In this document: positions 39,479 through 48,296 of the stretch, one piece after another
Position numbering within the stretch: position 1 is the stretch's first letter
How the letters are laid out: every line of letters begins with the position of its first letter
Origin: a virus
Taxonomy: Duplodnaviria > Caudoviricetes
IMG/VR virus record: IMGVR_UViG_3300046804_003073
Span: 1-63,148 of that record
Reading direction: 5' to 3' (one strand)
DNA length: 63,148 nt
Notes under the pieces: model-generated
What the model was told of the DNA's origin: nothing
Seen by the model: only the letters and a program-made list of their open reading frames with translations
The model's database searches: none
Position numbers and translations under genes: made by a program

Positions 39479-39665
39479 TGGTCAAACTGCTTCGGGTCGA
39501 ACAAGGAAAAAGATCAAGCAATTTGGTCCTGAATTTGAATTAGTAGAAGTTAATATCGTAAATCCAATACGATCCGATCAAGTATTGCTTAAATCAACTA
39601 AAACCGGATGGTTTGGTTGGTTGCCAAAGAATGAAATAATTATTACAAAAAAGGAAGGGAACTAA
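39456..39665 (+). CDS. Hypothetical protein
   Basis: 'SGRTRKKIKQFG...WFGWLP'. Confidence 0.5.
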   Translation: MIVRLTINGQTASGRTRKKIKQFGPEFELVEVNIVNPIRSDQVLLKSTKTGWFGWLPKNEIIITKKEGN

Positions 39666-39884
39666 ATGGAACCGAGTATGTGTTTTTTGACATCGAAAAT
39701 GGTTGAGTATAAAAAGCGGCAGGATTTGCAAAAGTCCTGCCGTTTTCCTCAATTTCTCTTCAATGAACTCAACAAAGTAAAGCCAGAAATCTGTGAGCAA
39801 ATTGTTGGAACAGAGCATGATTTTTATTATGACACGATTCTTTCTTATGAAAAGTGGGAAGAAGTCAAGAAGCTTTGGGTATAA
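39666..39884 (+). CDS. Hypothetical protein
   Basis: RBS and tight gene packing. Confidence 0.55.
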   Translation: MEPSMCFLTSKMVEYKKRQDLQKSCRFPQFLFNELNKVKPEICEQIVGTEHDFYYDTILSYEKWEEVKKLWV

Positions 39885-39895
39885 GGAGAAGAACA

Positions 39896-40168
39896 ATGGG
39901 AAAGTTTAAACCAGGTGATTATGTAAGGTCTGATCGTTTTAGAGGAATAGCGATGTATGTTCACGATTATGCTATTCGTCATAATTATGATGATGAAACT
40001 GAGGATTGTGAACACACATTTTATGATGATATTTACGAATGTGTAATGATTGGTGATGATCAGGGTCATGTTATTCATGAAGATGATTTACAACATCTTC
40101 CTCCTGATTTGTTTTGTTTGAGTTGTGGTCAAATTGGTTGCGGTTGGCATACCGCAGAAGGAGAATAA
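39896..40168 (+). CDS. Hypothetical protein
   Basis: AAGGAG RBS; 'MIGDD...FCLSCGQIGCG'. Confidence 0.6.
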   Translation: MGKFKPGDYVRSDRFRGIAMYVHDYAIRHNYDDETEDCEHTFYDDIYECVMIGDDQGHVIHEDDLQHLPPDLFCLSCGQIGCGWHTAEGE

Positions 40169-40169
40169 A

Positions 40170-40658
40170 ATGAATAAGAACAGAATGTTGGAATTGGCCG
40201 ACTTCTTGGAAAATATTGAACAAGAGAGGTTCAATATTAGTATGTGGGCTTCAAATCTTACAAAATCATCAAGTGGAAAATTTCTCTATAATCCTGGATC
40301 TGAAGTTGATATCAATGTTTGTAATACTGCTGGCTGTATTGCTGGTTGGGCTATTGCTTATTACAACAATGGTTTCGCATACTTTCCGCCATTGAATGCA
40401 GTAAATGCAACACTAAATGTTGTTCGTGGTGCTGAGATTCTTGATTTGAGTTTAGAAGAAGCAAAGCGCTTATTCTATACAGATGAAGAATCTGTTTGGT
40501 ATCGGAATATTGTAGAAATACCCGGCACTGAGGATTTTCTTGATGATGTTTATGACGGTAAAGCAAGTATTGAAGATTATGACTTTGAATCATATATTAC
40601 AAGTAAAGTAGCAGCACAGTTCCTTAGAAAAATTGCGAATGGAGAATTCACACTATGA
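40170..40658 (+). CDS. Hypothetical protein (CxTAGCIAGWA family), copy 1
   Basis: 'MNKNRMLELADFLE...CNTAGCIAGWA'. Confidence 0.65.
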   Translation: MNKNRMLELADFLENIEQERFNISMWASNLTKSSSGKFLYNPGSEVDINVCNTAGCIAGWAIAYYNNGFAYFPPLNAVNATLNVVRGAEILDLSLEEAKRLFYTDEESVWYRNIVEIPGTEDFLDDVYDGKASIEDYDFESYITSKVAAQFLRKIANGEFTL

Positions 40659-41233
40659 ACAGAGAAAAAATGCACAAACTTGCCCTCTTTTTGGAGGACT
40701 TGGATAGCGATAGATTCAACATTGGTTATTGGGTTTCTCAATCCCAAATGTGGAATAGTGAACTTGATTTTGTTGAAGGATATTCTCTTGATACAAATAT
40801 TTGTAATACCGCTGGTTGTATTGCTGGTTGGGCAGTAGCATTGGAAAATAACGGAAAAATTTCTATTGTTGAATATTTGGATGAGGATGATGATGGTAGT
40901 GATTATTGCAATGCTTGCGATGATTATCATCAAATTAATAATTGTCCAAAAGGCTATACACTAATTGATCTAGGTAACATACAAGAAATAGCTAGCGATA
41001 TTTTAGGATTAGATCGCCGTCAGTCTGAGAGATTGTTTATTCCTGATCGTTTTTCTGTTTGGAATCAATATGCTAGTGACTATGGTTTGGAATGCTCAAA
41101 TCTTTATGTGCATTATACAAATATTCATCCGAAACACGCTGCAGATATGATTTATAGAATCCTTAATGGAGAAGTCAATCTTGATGAGCAATGGAATCCA
41201 GACAGTTATGACTATTGTGGTGATGATTTGTGA
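40655..41233 (+). CDS. Hypothetical protein (CxTAGCIAGWA family), copy 2
   Basis: 'MNREKMHKLALFLE...CNTAGCIAGWA'. Confidence 0.65.
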   Translation: MNREKMHKLALFLEDLDSDRFNIGYWVSQSQMWNSELDFVEGYSLDTNICNTAGCIAGWAVALENNGKISIVEYLDEDDDGSDYCNACDDYHQINNCPKGYTLIDLGNIQEIASDILGLDRRQSERLFIPDRFSVWNQYASDYGLECSNLYVHYTNIHPKHAADMIYRILNGEVNLDEQWNPDSYDYCGDDL

Positions 41234-41360
41234 TTCAATACATCTGTAATAATTGCGGAGAATTTTATCCAGAAGAACAAGAAGATAATCTTTGCATTAT
41301 TTGTTACGAGAATGAAGTGTATCCAGAAAATTGTTCCTATTATGACGAGGGGGATTAAAA

Positions 41361-41708
41361 ATGTTTGATGATTACTTTACACTTGGCCCAACGCCTCCTG
41401 ATGAGGATTGTGTTCAACTTGGAAGTCCTGATTATGTTAGATTAACAAAACTAGAAATATCTGCTTTTATTAATCAACTTGAGCGTGAGTTTTCTCTTTG
41501 GGTTGAGAATGATTGGGTTCTTTTTGATAAGAAGTGGTTCAATCATGATTTTGGTAGGTATTGTGAAGTAGTTGTCTATTACAAAACTGATGATGAAACT
41601 TCAAGAGGTTGTGCTTTATCTATTGATAGGCATCACGGTATTCATTGGGATGAAGAAGCCAAAAAGGAATTACGAGAAGCTGGCTACTTTGAATTCGGAG
41701 GTGAATAG
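41361..41708 (+). CDS. Hypothetical protein
   Basis: 'LGPTP.DEDCVQLG...HDFG.Y.EVV'. Confidence 0.6.
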   Translation: MFDDYFTLGPTPPDEDCVQLGSPDYVRLTKLEISAFINQLEREFSLWVENDWVLFDKKWFNHDFGRYCEVVVYYKTDDETSRGCALSIDRHHGIHWDEEAKKELREAGYFEFGGE

Positions 41709-41709
41709 A

Positions 41710-42453
41710 ATGGATATTGAATATCAAGGTCTTGGCATTGTAGAACTAGCCAAACATTCTTTGAAAAAACCAGAGGATTTTGGTTGGTGGGGTCGTGAAG
41801 AAATGTTTGTGACTTGGGGTTGGACTGGTATTGATAAGAATAACTCTTCTGATGCTGTCGAGATTGTTAATTTTGATACCATTACAGAAGATCTTATCGC
41901 AAAGTTCCCGGATGATTTTGATATTGTTGGTCTAAGACATTGGGCTGTTGGTCACGTTGATAGATTAACTTGTCGTGTTTTGAAAGATGAGAATGTTGAT
42001 GTCACAGAGGAAAATATTACAGATGCTTTCAAGGCCGCAATGACTTGGCAAATGCAATTGGAAGATTATCCAGTTGCTAATGATGATCGTCTTGCAATTT
42101 ATTGCGAGAACGAGATGTTTGATTGGATTAAATCAGAATTACCAATGGAGGTATATATTGCTAAGTCTAAAGATGAAACCGTCGCACAAATCATTGAAGA
42201 AATGGTTGCTAATGACGATTTTGATCCTATGGATTGGATTTTGAGTGATAGATGGCCTAGTGAAGAAATGATTAGATACATTGCCTATGATCTAAGTCTT
42301 TGTGCAGCCGAGCATTATGAATTTTGGAATGAGTGGGTAGATGAGCAAGGTTTACCTCCTATTATTTGGGGAGATAACTTTGGTGCTCCGCCTAACAAAG
42401 CATATTACATTGATAGTCAACTAAGTCTATTTGAAAAGGATGAAAATGGCTGA
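41710..42453 (+). CDS. Hypothetical acidic protein
   Basis: GGAGG RBS; 'HWAVG...LEDYPV'. Confidence 0.6.
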   Translation: MDIEYQGLGIVELAKHSLKKPEDFGWWGREEMFVTWGWTGIDKNNSSDAVEIVNFDTITEDLIAKFPDDFDIVGLRHWAVGHVDRLTCRVLKDENVDVTEENITDAFKAAMTWQMQLEDYPVANDDRLAIYCENEMFDWIKSELPMEVYIAKSKDETVAQIIEEMVANDDFDPMDWILSDRWPSEEMIRYIAYDLSLCAAEHYEFWNEWVDEQGLPPIIWGDNFGAPPNKAYYIDSQLSLFEKDENG

Positions 42454-42658
42454 AAAGGGTGAGTTCAAGATAACCAATCCAAAAGCTCCGTTCATTAAGT
42501 TGACAAATATATTGAACGAAACATCTGTTCCAAAGCATAAGTATGGAGATACTAAATGGCTATTGGATAATATATCTCACTATATTAGTGATGAAAAACA
42601 ATTAAAAGAAGCAACACGTTTGTTAGATATTCTCACTTTTAAAAAGAAAGGCAAGTGA
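42446..42658 (+). CDS. Hypothetical protein
   Basis: Coupled ORF with RBS. Confidence 0.5.
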   Translation: MAEKGEFKITNPKAPFIKLTNILNETSVPKHKYGDTKWLLDNISHYISDEKQLKEATRLLDILTFKKKGK

Positions 42659-42978
42659 TGTTTAGAGAGCAACATAATTTTGATGCTTGGTTGACTAATC
42701 AACCTGTTTCAGATCCGCTTTTCCATTCGTATGAAAATGCGGATAGAGCAGCATATAACAAGTCATATGACGATAATTATATCAGTGCATTCACTTTGGC
42801 GTTTGATAATTTTGATGAACTAAGATGTGTAACCTGTTCAAAACCTGTTGGGTACATTCTTTATGATGACAATATCCCAGCGACAAGTTCATTTACTGAG
42901 TTTTGGCAATGCGACGAAGATGGTGAACATCTTTTGTGTGTTAGCTGTTATGAAGAAATTACAAAGGAGATTGAGTAA
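42655..42978 (+). CDS. Hypothetical protein with CxxC pairs
   Basis: Coupled ORF. Confidence 0.55.
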   Translation: MMFREQHNFDAWLTNQPVSDPLFHSYENADRAAYNKSYDDNYISAFTLAFDNFDELRCVTCSKPVGYILYDDNIPATSSFTEFWQCDEDGEHLLCVSCYEEITKEIE

Positions 42979-43352
42979 TGATGCTTACTGAAAGAACAAT
43001 TTGTATTGGTCATGTAGCAGTTGATAGTGGTCAACTTATGATTTGCGATCCGTGCTACATTAAATCATCTGAATGGGAAGAACAACCATACAATCCAACA
43101 CCAAATAATCCTCATGGTGTTTATCCATTTAATTATAATGGTGCTTGTGGTGCTAGTCTTTCTGATGAAATGGCTGGTAGTCTTATGTCTGAATCAGGTT
43201 TTGATAGCGCAGGAGTTGCTTTTGCCTCTGGTTATGGTGATGGATTATATCCTGTTTATGCTACTTATATTAATGATCCTACTTTTGGTATGAGAATTTC
43301 TAAAATTGAAGTTGTAATGATTCAAGATGAAGAGGAGGAAGATTATGAATAA
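42978..43352 (+). CDS. DUF4241-like protein
   Basis: 'VAVDSGQLMICDPCY...SGYGDGLYPVY'. Confidence 0.65.
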   Translation: MMLTERTICIGHVAVDSGQLMICDPCYIKSSEWEEQPYNPTPNNPHGVYPFNYNGACGASLSDEMAGSLMSESGFDSAGVAFASGYGDGLYPVYATYINDPTFGMRISKIEVVMIQDEEEEDYE

Positions 43353-43650
43353 GTTTGTTTACGATTTAGATAAATATTTTTGGGAAGGTAATAATGAAAG
43401 TAATAGAAATGGTCTTAATCTAGATGGTCACACCCTCTATTTCAGTGGTATTAATGGATATAGTAGTAGTCCATTTACAATAAGCATTGCACGAGGTGAA
43501 AAAGAATCTATTGAGATTTTTATTGCGCCCTGGGCATTGTGGGTTTATCACTTCACTGAAAACAAAAAGGTTTCATTTGGTGGCGACTGGCCTGAGTGGT
43601 TAGATGTCATTAACAGTGATCAATTTAAAATCAATACACACGGGGAGTAG
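43345..43650 (+). CDS. Hypothetical protein
   Basis: GAGGAGG RBS. Confidence 0.5.
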   Translation: MNKFVYDLDKYFWEGNNESNRNGLNLDGHTLYFSGINGYSSSPFTISIARGEKESIEIFIAPWALWVYHFTENKKVSFGGDWPEWLDVINSDQFKINTHGE

Positions 43651-43652
43651 TA

Positions 43653-44159
43653 ATGGGATTAGACAACATTCCGACAAATTATGCCTGCAAGAAAGCAGGT
43701 ACAGCAATATTAGATGAAGATGGTCGAATTGACTGCCAGAAAACACAAGAACAAGATCTTTGCCCTTGGAAAAGCCAATTGGAAATCTCCGGGGTTGAGC
43801 AAAGAGTTGTGCTTGGCATTCTTGGTACTGATTGTTGGTATCGTGGTAAATATGCCCAGCATTTAATTTCAGAATATCAAGATTATCCATATGACTTCTA
43901 TGGTATTGCCATTGAGCATATAAATGAAGATGGAGAGGTCGAAGATCGTGAAGGATTAGATTCAGATCAATGCCTTGAATTAGCAGATTGGATGGATGAA
44001 CTTGCCGATATTAAATATGAAGAATCAACTGGATGGCAAGAAGCACTTGATATTGAAGTAGATATTTCAAATGAAGACACCATTGCAGATATTCGTTATA
44101 TTGCTTGGTGGTTAAGGTTTGTAGCTAATAATTGCGATGGTTTTGTCGCTTGGTACTAA
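43653..44159 (+). CDS. Hypothetical protein (MGLD family)
   Basis: 'MGLD...WYRGKY'. Confidence 0.6.
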   Translation: MGLDNIPTNYACKKAGTAILDEDGRIDCQKTQEQDLCPWKSQLEISGVEQRVVLGILGTDCWYRGKYAQHLISEYQDYPYDFYGIAIEHINEDGEVEDREGLDSDQCLELADWMDELADIKYEESTGWQEALDIEVDISNEDTIADIRYIAWWLRFVANNCDGFVAWY

Positions 44160-44168
44160 GGAGAAAAA

Positions 44169-44750
44169 ATGCCTAATTGGTGTGAAAACAAAATGATTGT
44201 AATCGGATCACTTGATAATCTTAGCAAGCTTTATCAAGACTTAAACAATCTTTCATTGAAAGATAGCGAAGGGTTTTTGGAAAAGTATATTCCAACGCCG
44301 GCTGAACTTATGAACAAAGAAGCATCTTTCTTTGATCAAAATCAAGAAGATGCCCAGAAAATGAAAGAAAAGTATGGTGCTGCCGATTGGTATTGGTGGA
44401 GAGTAAATAACTGGGGAACCAAATGGGATCTTGGTGATGTTTACGGCATCAATCTAAATGGTGGTTTGGAAGATAACAAGTATACATTGTGTTGTCATTT
44501 TGAAAGTGCTTGGGCACCACCGGAAGAAGGTATTAGAAAGCTTTCTGAAATCTTTAAGGACACATACTTCTTCATTGAATTCTCAGAGCCAGGAATGGGT
44601 TTTGAGGGTTACTATTCTTGTATGAATGGTGAAAATGTAGGAAGTGTAACTACTGATAGTTATACTAAGCTTGATCAAGTAGAGAATGATGCTGAGTACT
44701 ACTATAATGTTGCTATTGAAATGGTCGGCTCTAACAAAGAAAGCGAGTGA
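44169..44750 (+). CDS. YubB/DUF1281-like ferredoxin-fold protein
   Basis: 'MPNWCEN...DWY.WR..NWGTKWD...FESAWAPP...EPGMGF.G'. Confidence 0.8.
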   Translation: MPNWCENKMIVIGSLDNLSKLYQDLNNLSLKDSEGFLEKYIPTPAELMNKEASFFDQNQEDAQKMKEKYGAADWYWWRVNNWGTKWDLGDVYGINLNGGLEDNKYTLCCHFESAWAPPEEGIRKLSEIFKDTYFFIEFSEPGMGFEGYYSCMNGENVGSVTTDSYTKLDQVENDAEYYYNVAIEMVGSNKESE

Positions 44751-45211
44751 AATTGTTTAATGATGATGATCCCGAGCGTTTGGCTAATTTTGAAGGAAGC
44801 GTTCCTGACGGATTTATAGATGGTTCGCAGTATGCAAAAATCGTTAGGAATATTACTGGTTATATTAGCGAATTAAAACAAGATAATTATGTTTCTGGAA
44901 TAACATTTGTTATGAAGTGCGTAAATGAATGTTACGAAGATGATACAGGAGATGAGAACAACATCTCTAAAGTTTCTAAAGACAGAGCAATAGATACAGT
45001 TACTGCCCTTAGTTACTTTGTATTGACGCTTTGTGAACAACTAGAAGAGGATCATCTTAAGGAATATGTCCAGCATCATTATGATCAAGTTCTACCTGAA
45101 CTTGATAGTAATTCACAGACTATTCCATATTATGACATATCAAATGATGTAGATAATTTTATAAGTATGCTCAATGAAATTGATGAGTCAGATGAGGATG
45201 ATAATGAGTGA
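44747..45211 (+). CDS. Hypothetical acidic protein
   Basis: GTGA coupling. Confidence 0.55.
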   Translation: MKLFNDDDPERLANFEGSVPDGFIDGSQYAKIVRNITGYISELKQDNYVSGITFVMKCVNECYEDDTGDENNISKVSKDRAIDTVTALSYFVLTLCEQLEEDHLKEYVQHHYDQVLPELDSNSQTIPYYDISNDVDNFISMLNEIDESDEDDNE

Positions 45212-45500
45212 ACTAACACTACAGAAAAATGCTGCATGTAAGAGCAAGGATACAAATATATTCTTTGTTGATGAGGTTCCTATCTCTGATGCAACAATTA
45301 GAATGGGAATTGCAAAGGCTGTAGCAATTTGTAATCGCTGTGATGTACAAGCTCTATGTCTTATGACAGCAGTTAATAATGAAGAAGAGTATGGCATTTG
45401 GGGCGGTTTCACCAGTAAGGAACGAAAGAAAATGTTCAATGATATCAATATGACAATTGAACAAGCAGAGGAAGCAACACAATGGAAAAGAAATTTATAA
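45204..45500 (+). CDS. whiB: WhiB-family transcription factor
   Basis: 'AACK..DTNIFF...A.AICNRCDVQALCL...EEYGIWGG.T..ER'. Confidence 0.88.
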   Translation: MSELTLQKNAACKSKDTNIFFVDEVPISDATIRMGIAKAVAICNRCDVQALCLMTAVNNEEEYGIWGGFTSKERKKMFNDINMTIEQAEEATQWKRNL

Positions 45501-45644
45501 TCACTGTAACTAAGACAGCAGTTGTCCCTTTGTTTGATTACAGCGAAGCAGAAGATATTGCAAAGATGATGTCACTTCGTGATTATCAAGAAACAATGGC
45601 TGGAAATCTAGTGTTTGTAACCACCGATATCAAGGAAATGGAGT

Positions 45645-46550
45645 ATGCCAATGGATGAGTTTGATCTCATTACAAAGTTGGAATCTGAAACCGCTACTAT
45701 TGAGGAGATTGAAACTAATCTTCCAATTAGATTTCACACTAAGTCAAAATTGACATCTATGGTCAAGCCCGACGAATTGAAAGTTGATATGTCCTATCAG
45801 AGAAGTGTTTCTCCAGATAGAGTTTCATCAATTGCTAAGAACTTCAATCAGCAGGCTTTGGGAATAGTTACTCTCTCAATCCGGGAGAATGGTGAACTAT
45901 ATATCATTGATGGTCAGCACAGAATTGAAGCATTGAAGAAAATGGGTAAAGGCAATATTCAGATCAATGCTGTTGTTCTATTTGACCTTTCTATTCAAGA
46001 TGAAGCAAATTTATTCTTGATTATGAATGATAATCGTACAAAGCCTAAGAAGTATGATTTGCATAAAGCAGCTTCTGCTAGTGGTAATGAAATCACAACA
46101 TCTATTGATGCGACTTTAGCCTCGCTAGGGTTAAGGATTTTTGATAGACCAGGAGATGGCAATATTCGTGCTGTTGGAACCGTACATAAAGTTTCTTCTA
46201 AAATTGGATTAGAAAAACTAGAAAAGGTTCTCAAAGTAATGATGGAAGCTAATGGAAGTCATTCATCGTCACTTAAAGCAGAATATATAGAGGCTGTTTC
46301 AGCAATTATTGTACAGTTCAAAGATGTTGATATGAAGCGACTATCTATGGCAATTCGCAACATTGGTGATACGAGTTCATCTGTGTTGAAAGCGAGTGTT
46401 ATTGCTGTTGATTCTCGACCCATTTCAAAGATTCTTGCTTTGGCTGGAATGATTATTGATGCATACAACTATAAGTTGAGAAATAACCGTCTTGATAAAT
46501 TCAAGATTTTGTCTCTTGACGCAAGAAATTACCTTAATGGAGGAAAGTAA
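45645..46550 (+). CDS. ParB/Srx-like DGQHR-domain protein
   Basis: 'VDMSYQR...IIDGQHR...EANLF...N'. Confidence 0.75.
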   Translation: MPMDEFDLITKLESETATIEEIETNLPIRFHTKSKLTSMVKPDELKVDMSYQRSVSPDRVSSIAKNFNQQALGIVTLSIRENGELYIIDGQHRIEALKKMGKGNIQINAVVLFDLSIQDEANLFLIMNDNRTKPKKYDLHKAASASGNEITTSIDATLASLGLRIFDRPGDGNIRAVGTVHKVSSKIGLEKLEKVLKVMMEANGSHSSSLKAEYIEAVSAIIVQFKDVDMKRLSMAIRNIGDTSSSVLKASVIAVDSRPISKILALAGMIIDAYNYKLRNNRLDKFKILSLDARNYLNGGK

Positions 46551-46934
46551 ATGTCAATTGATGAACAGATAAGCAAGTATCCTACTTGTGCTGATCGTAT
46601 TCATGAACACTTTCAAAGTAGAAGTGGATACCTAGAAGAAATGATGGAGGCTTTGTATACAGAGAAGCCTTTTGATGGGTATGAGGATGCATTTGAGGCT
46701 TACGCAAATTATCCTCTTGCCCTTACGAAATATACGACATATAAGATTGAGCTTTCTTGGGGAGGTCCATCTGATTATATTGAACTAACTGTTGATGATG
46801 ATTACAACATCATTACAGCAAGATATCACTTCGCAGATTGGTTTGATCATGCATCAATCAATGTTGACGAAGATTCAGGAATGTATAAATATTTGCAAGA
46901 ATTTATCCGAATTGAAATGGAATGTGGAGCCTAA
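46551..46934 (+). CDS. Hypothetical protein
   Basis: 'ELSWGGPSD...YHFADWFD.A'. Confidence 0.6.
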   Translation: MSIDEQISKYPTCADRIHEHFQSRSGYLEEMMEALYTEKPFDGYEDAFEAYANYPLALTKYTTYKIELSWGGPSDYIELTVDDDYNIITARYHFADWFDHASINVDEDSGMYKYLQEFIRIEMECGA

Positions 46935-46935
46935 A

Positions 46936-47700
46936 ATGGAAGATGCAAAAATCAATATTCAAATCCCGATTGAACAGTTGAAAGAATACATCAAGTCAAT
47001 CTTTGAGGAAGAACTTGCTGATTCAATGGATGATATCGCTGATAATGTCCAAAGTAAGATTGAAGATAGTCTTACAAACTCTATAACTGATTTGGTTACT
47101 GATTCAGTGCAAGAGGATCTGAGGAATAATTTCTCTGACTACTTTGATATTGATGATTATATGAGTGATATTCAAAATGGTCTTGACTACTCAGACATTG
47201 CTTCTGAAGTTCAGGAGAGAATTGATTTCGGAAGTGAAATTGAAAGTCTTGCTGGACAGTTTCGTCCCGGGCATCATTGTGGTGTTGGTAAAGCAGTTGA
47301 AGAAGTCATTTATGATGGTATAGAGTATGGTCTTACTCACGACGAAGACCTCGCTAAAGCTATAGGATCATTTATTGATAACTGGCTGTATCAGCCAAAT
47401 CCTGATCCTGAGGTTCAGAAAACATTAGTTAATGATGCAATAAGCCGTATTCTCGGTAGAGAAGACGCTAGCAATATCCATAACGATTTGATGCCTCAAT
47501 CAACAGAAGAAAACAAAGAAGTTCCTGCTTCTGAGCGATTGCTTACAATCAAAGCCGGCGATCTTCATCACATTATTAATACTTCTATCGCTCATGCATT
47601 TGAATCAGGTAATGAAGTAAGTATTGCGGGTATTAAAATGAAGATCATTGATGATCTTACTACGCAGGGTCTTATTGAACGCATTTCAAATACAAACTAG
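46936..47700 (+). CDS. Hypothetical acidic protein
   Basis: GGAG RBS; Asp/Glu-rich. Confidence 0.55.
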   Translation: MEDAKINIQIPIEQLKEYIKSIFEEELADSMDDIADNVQSKIEDSLTNSITDLVTDSVQEDLRNNFSDYFDIDDYMSDIQNGLDYSDIASEVQERIDFGSEIESLAGQFRPGHHCGVGKAVEEVIYDGIEYGLTHDEDLAKAIGSFIDNWLYQPNPDPEVQKTLVNDAISRILGREDASNIHNDLMPQSTEENKEVPASERLLTIKAGDLHHIINTSIAHAFESGNEVSIAGIKMKIIDDLTTQGLIERISNTN

Positions 47701-47709
47701 GAGGTAAAA

Positions 47710-48159
47710 ATGGCACTTAACTGGAATGTTTCAAATGTAGATTACTACAAGGATGATCTAGATTCCATTTGGATTAAGGTCAATGATGGATGGGGTGATT
47801 ATGATGATGTTATCCCGGAACTTAAGTCAATGATCTTCTCAACAATGGCTATCGGAATTGGTCATCTTTCTGAAAAGACAGCACCTGATTTCTATGCTAG
47901 ATTCAAAGTGCTTGAAAAGATTGACGATTTCTATGTAACTAGCAAATTGTGTGATGATGGATTGCTTGATAAGCAATACATTACTCCATATATTGTTAAG
48001 AAGCATATTGGTCTTTCTACTAATGTAACTACACTTAGCAATATAGAATGGGTTAAGAATTTGCTGAGGAATGACAAGAGAATTAAGTATAGTAATGCGG
48101 AGATTAAATCAATGATCACCGTATATTCCATTGAATATCGTGAAAGCTTTGAGGACTAA
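47710..48159 (+). CDS. Hypothetical protein
   Basis: GGAGG RBS; 'MALNW...HIGLSTNV'. Confidence 0.6.
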   Translation: MALNWNVSNVDYYKDDLDSIWIKVNDGWGDYDDVIPELKSMIFSTMAIGIGHLSEKTAPDFYARFKVLEKIDDFYVTSKLCDDGLLDKQYITPYIVKKHIGLSTNVTTLSNIEWVKNLLRNDKRIKYSNAEIKSMITVYSIEYRESFED

Positions 48160-48285
48160 ATGAAATGGGAAAATGTAAGAACAAAGGTTAGATGCCCTGA
48201 ATGTGAACGGGTGTTTAATCTTCTAGATGAAGAAGATGCTAACGAATGGTCTTTTGGCCATGATTGTGAATCAGAAGAAGAATAG
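48160..48285 (+). CDS. Small zinc-binding protein (41 aa)
   Basis: 'CPECERVFNLLDEEDANEW.FGHDCE'. Confidence 0.55.
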   Translation: MKWENVRTKVRCPECERVFNLLDEEDANEWSFGHDCESEEE

Positions 48286-48296
48286 AGAGGGAGATA

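Noticed and set aside
31144-46550. Dnd phosphorothioation system (DndC-like plus DGQHR)
   Set aside because: The genes are about 14 kb apart and no DndD, DndE or cysteine desulfurase is visible.
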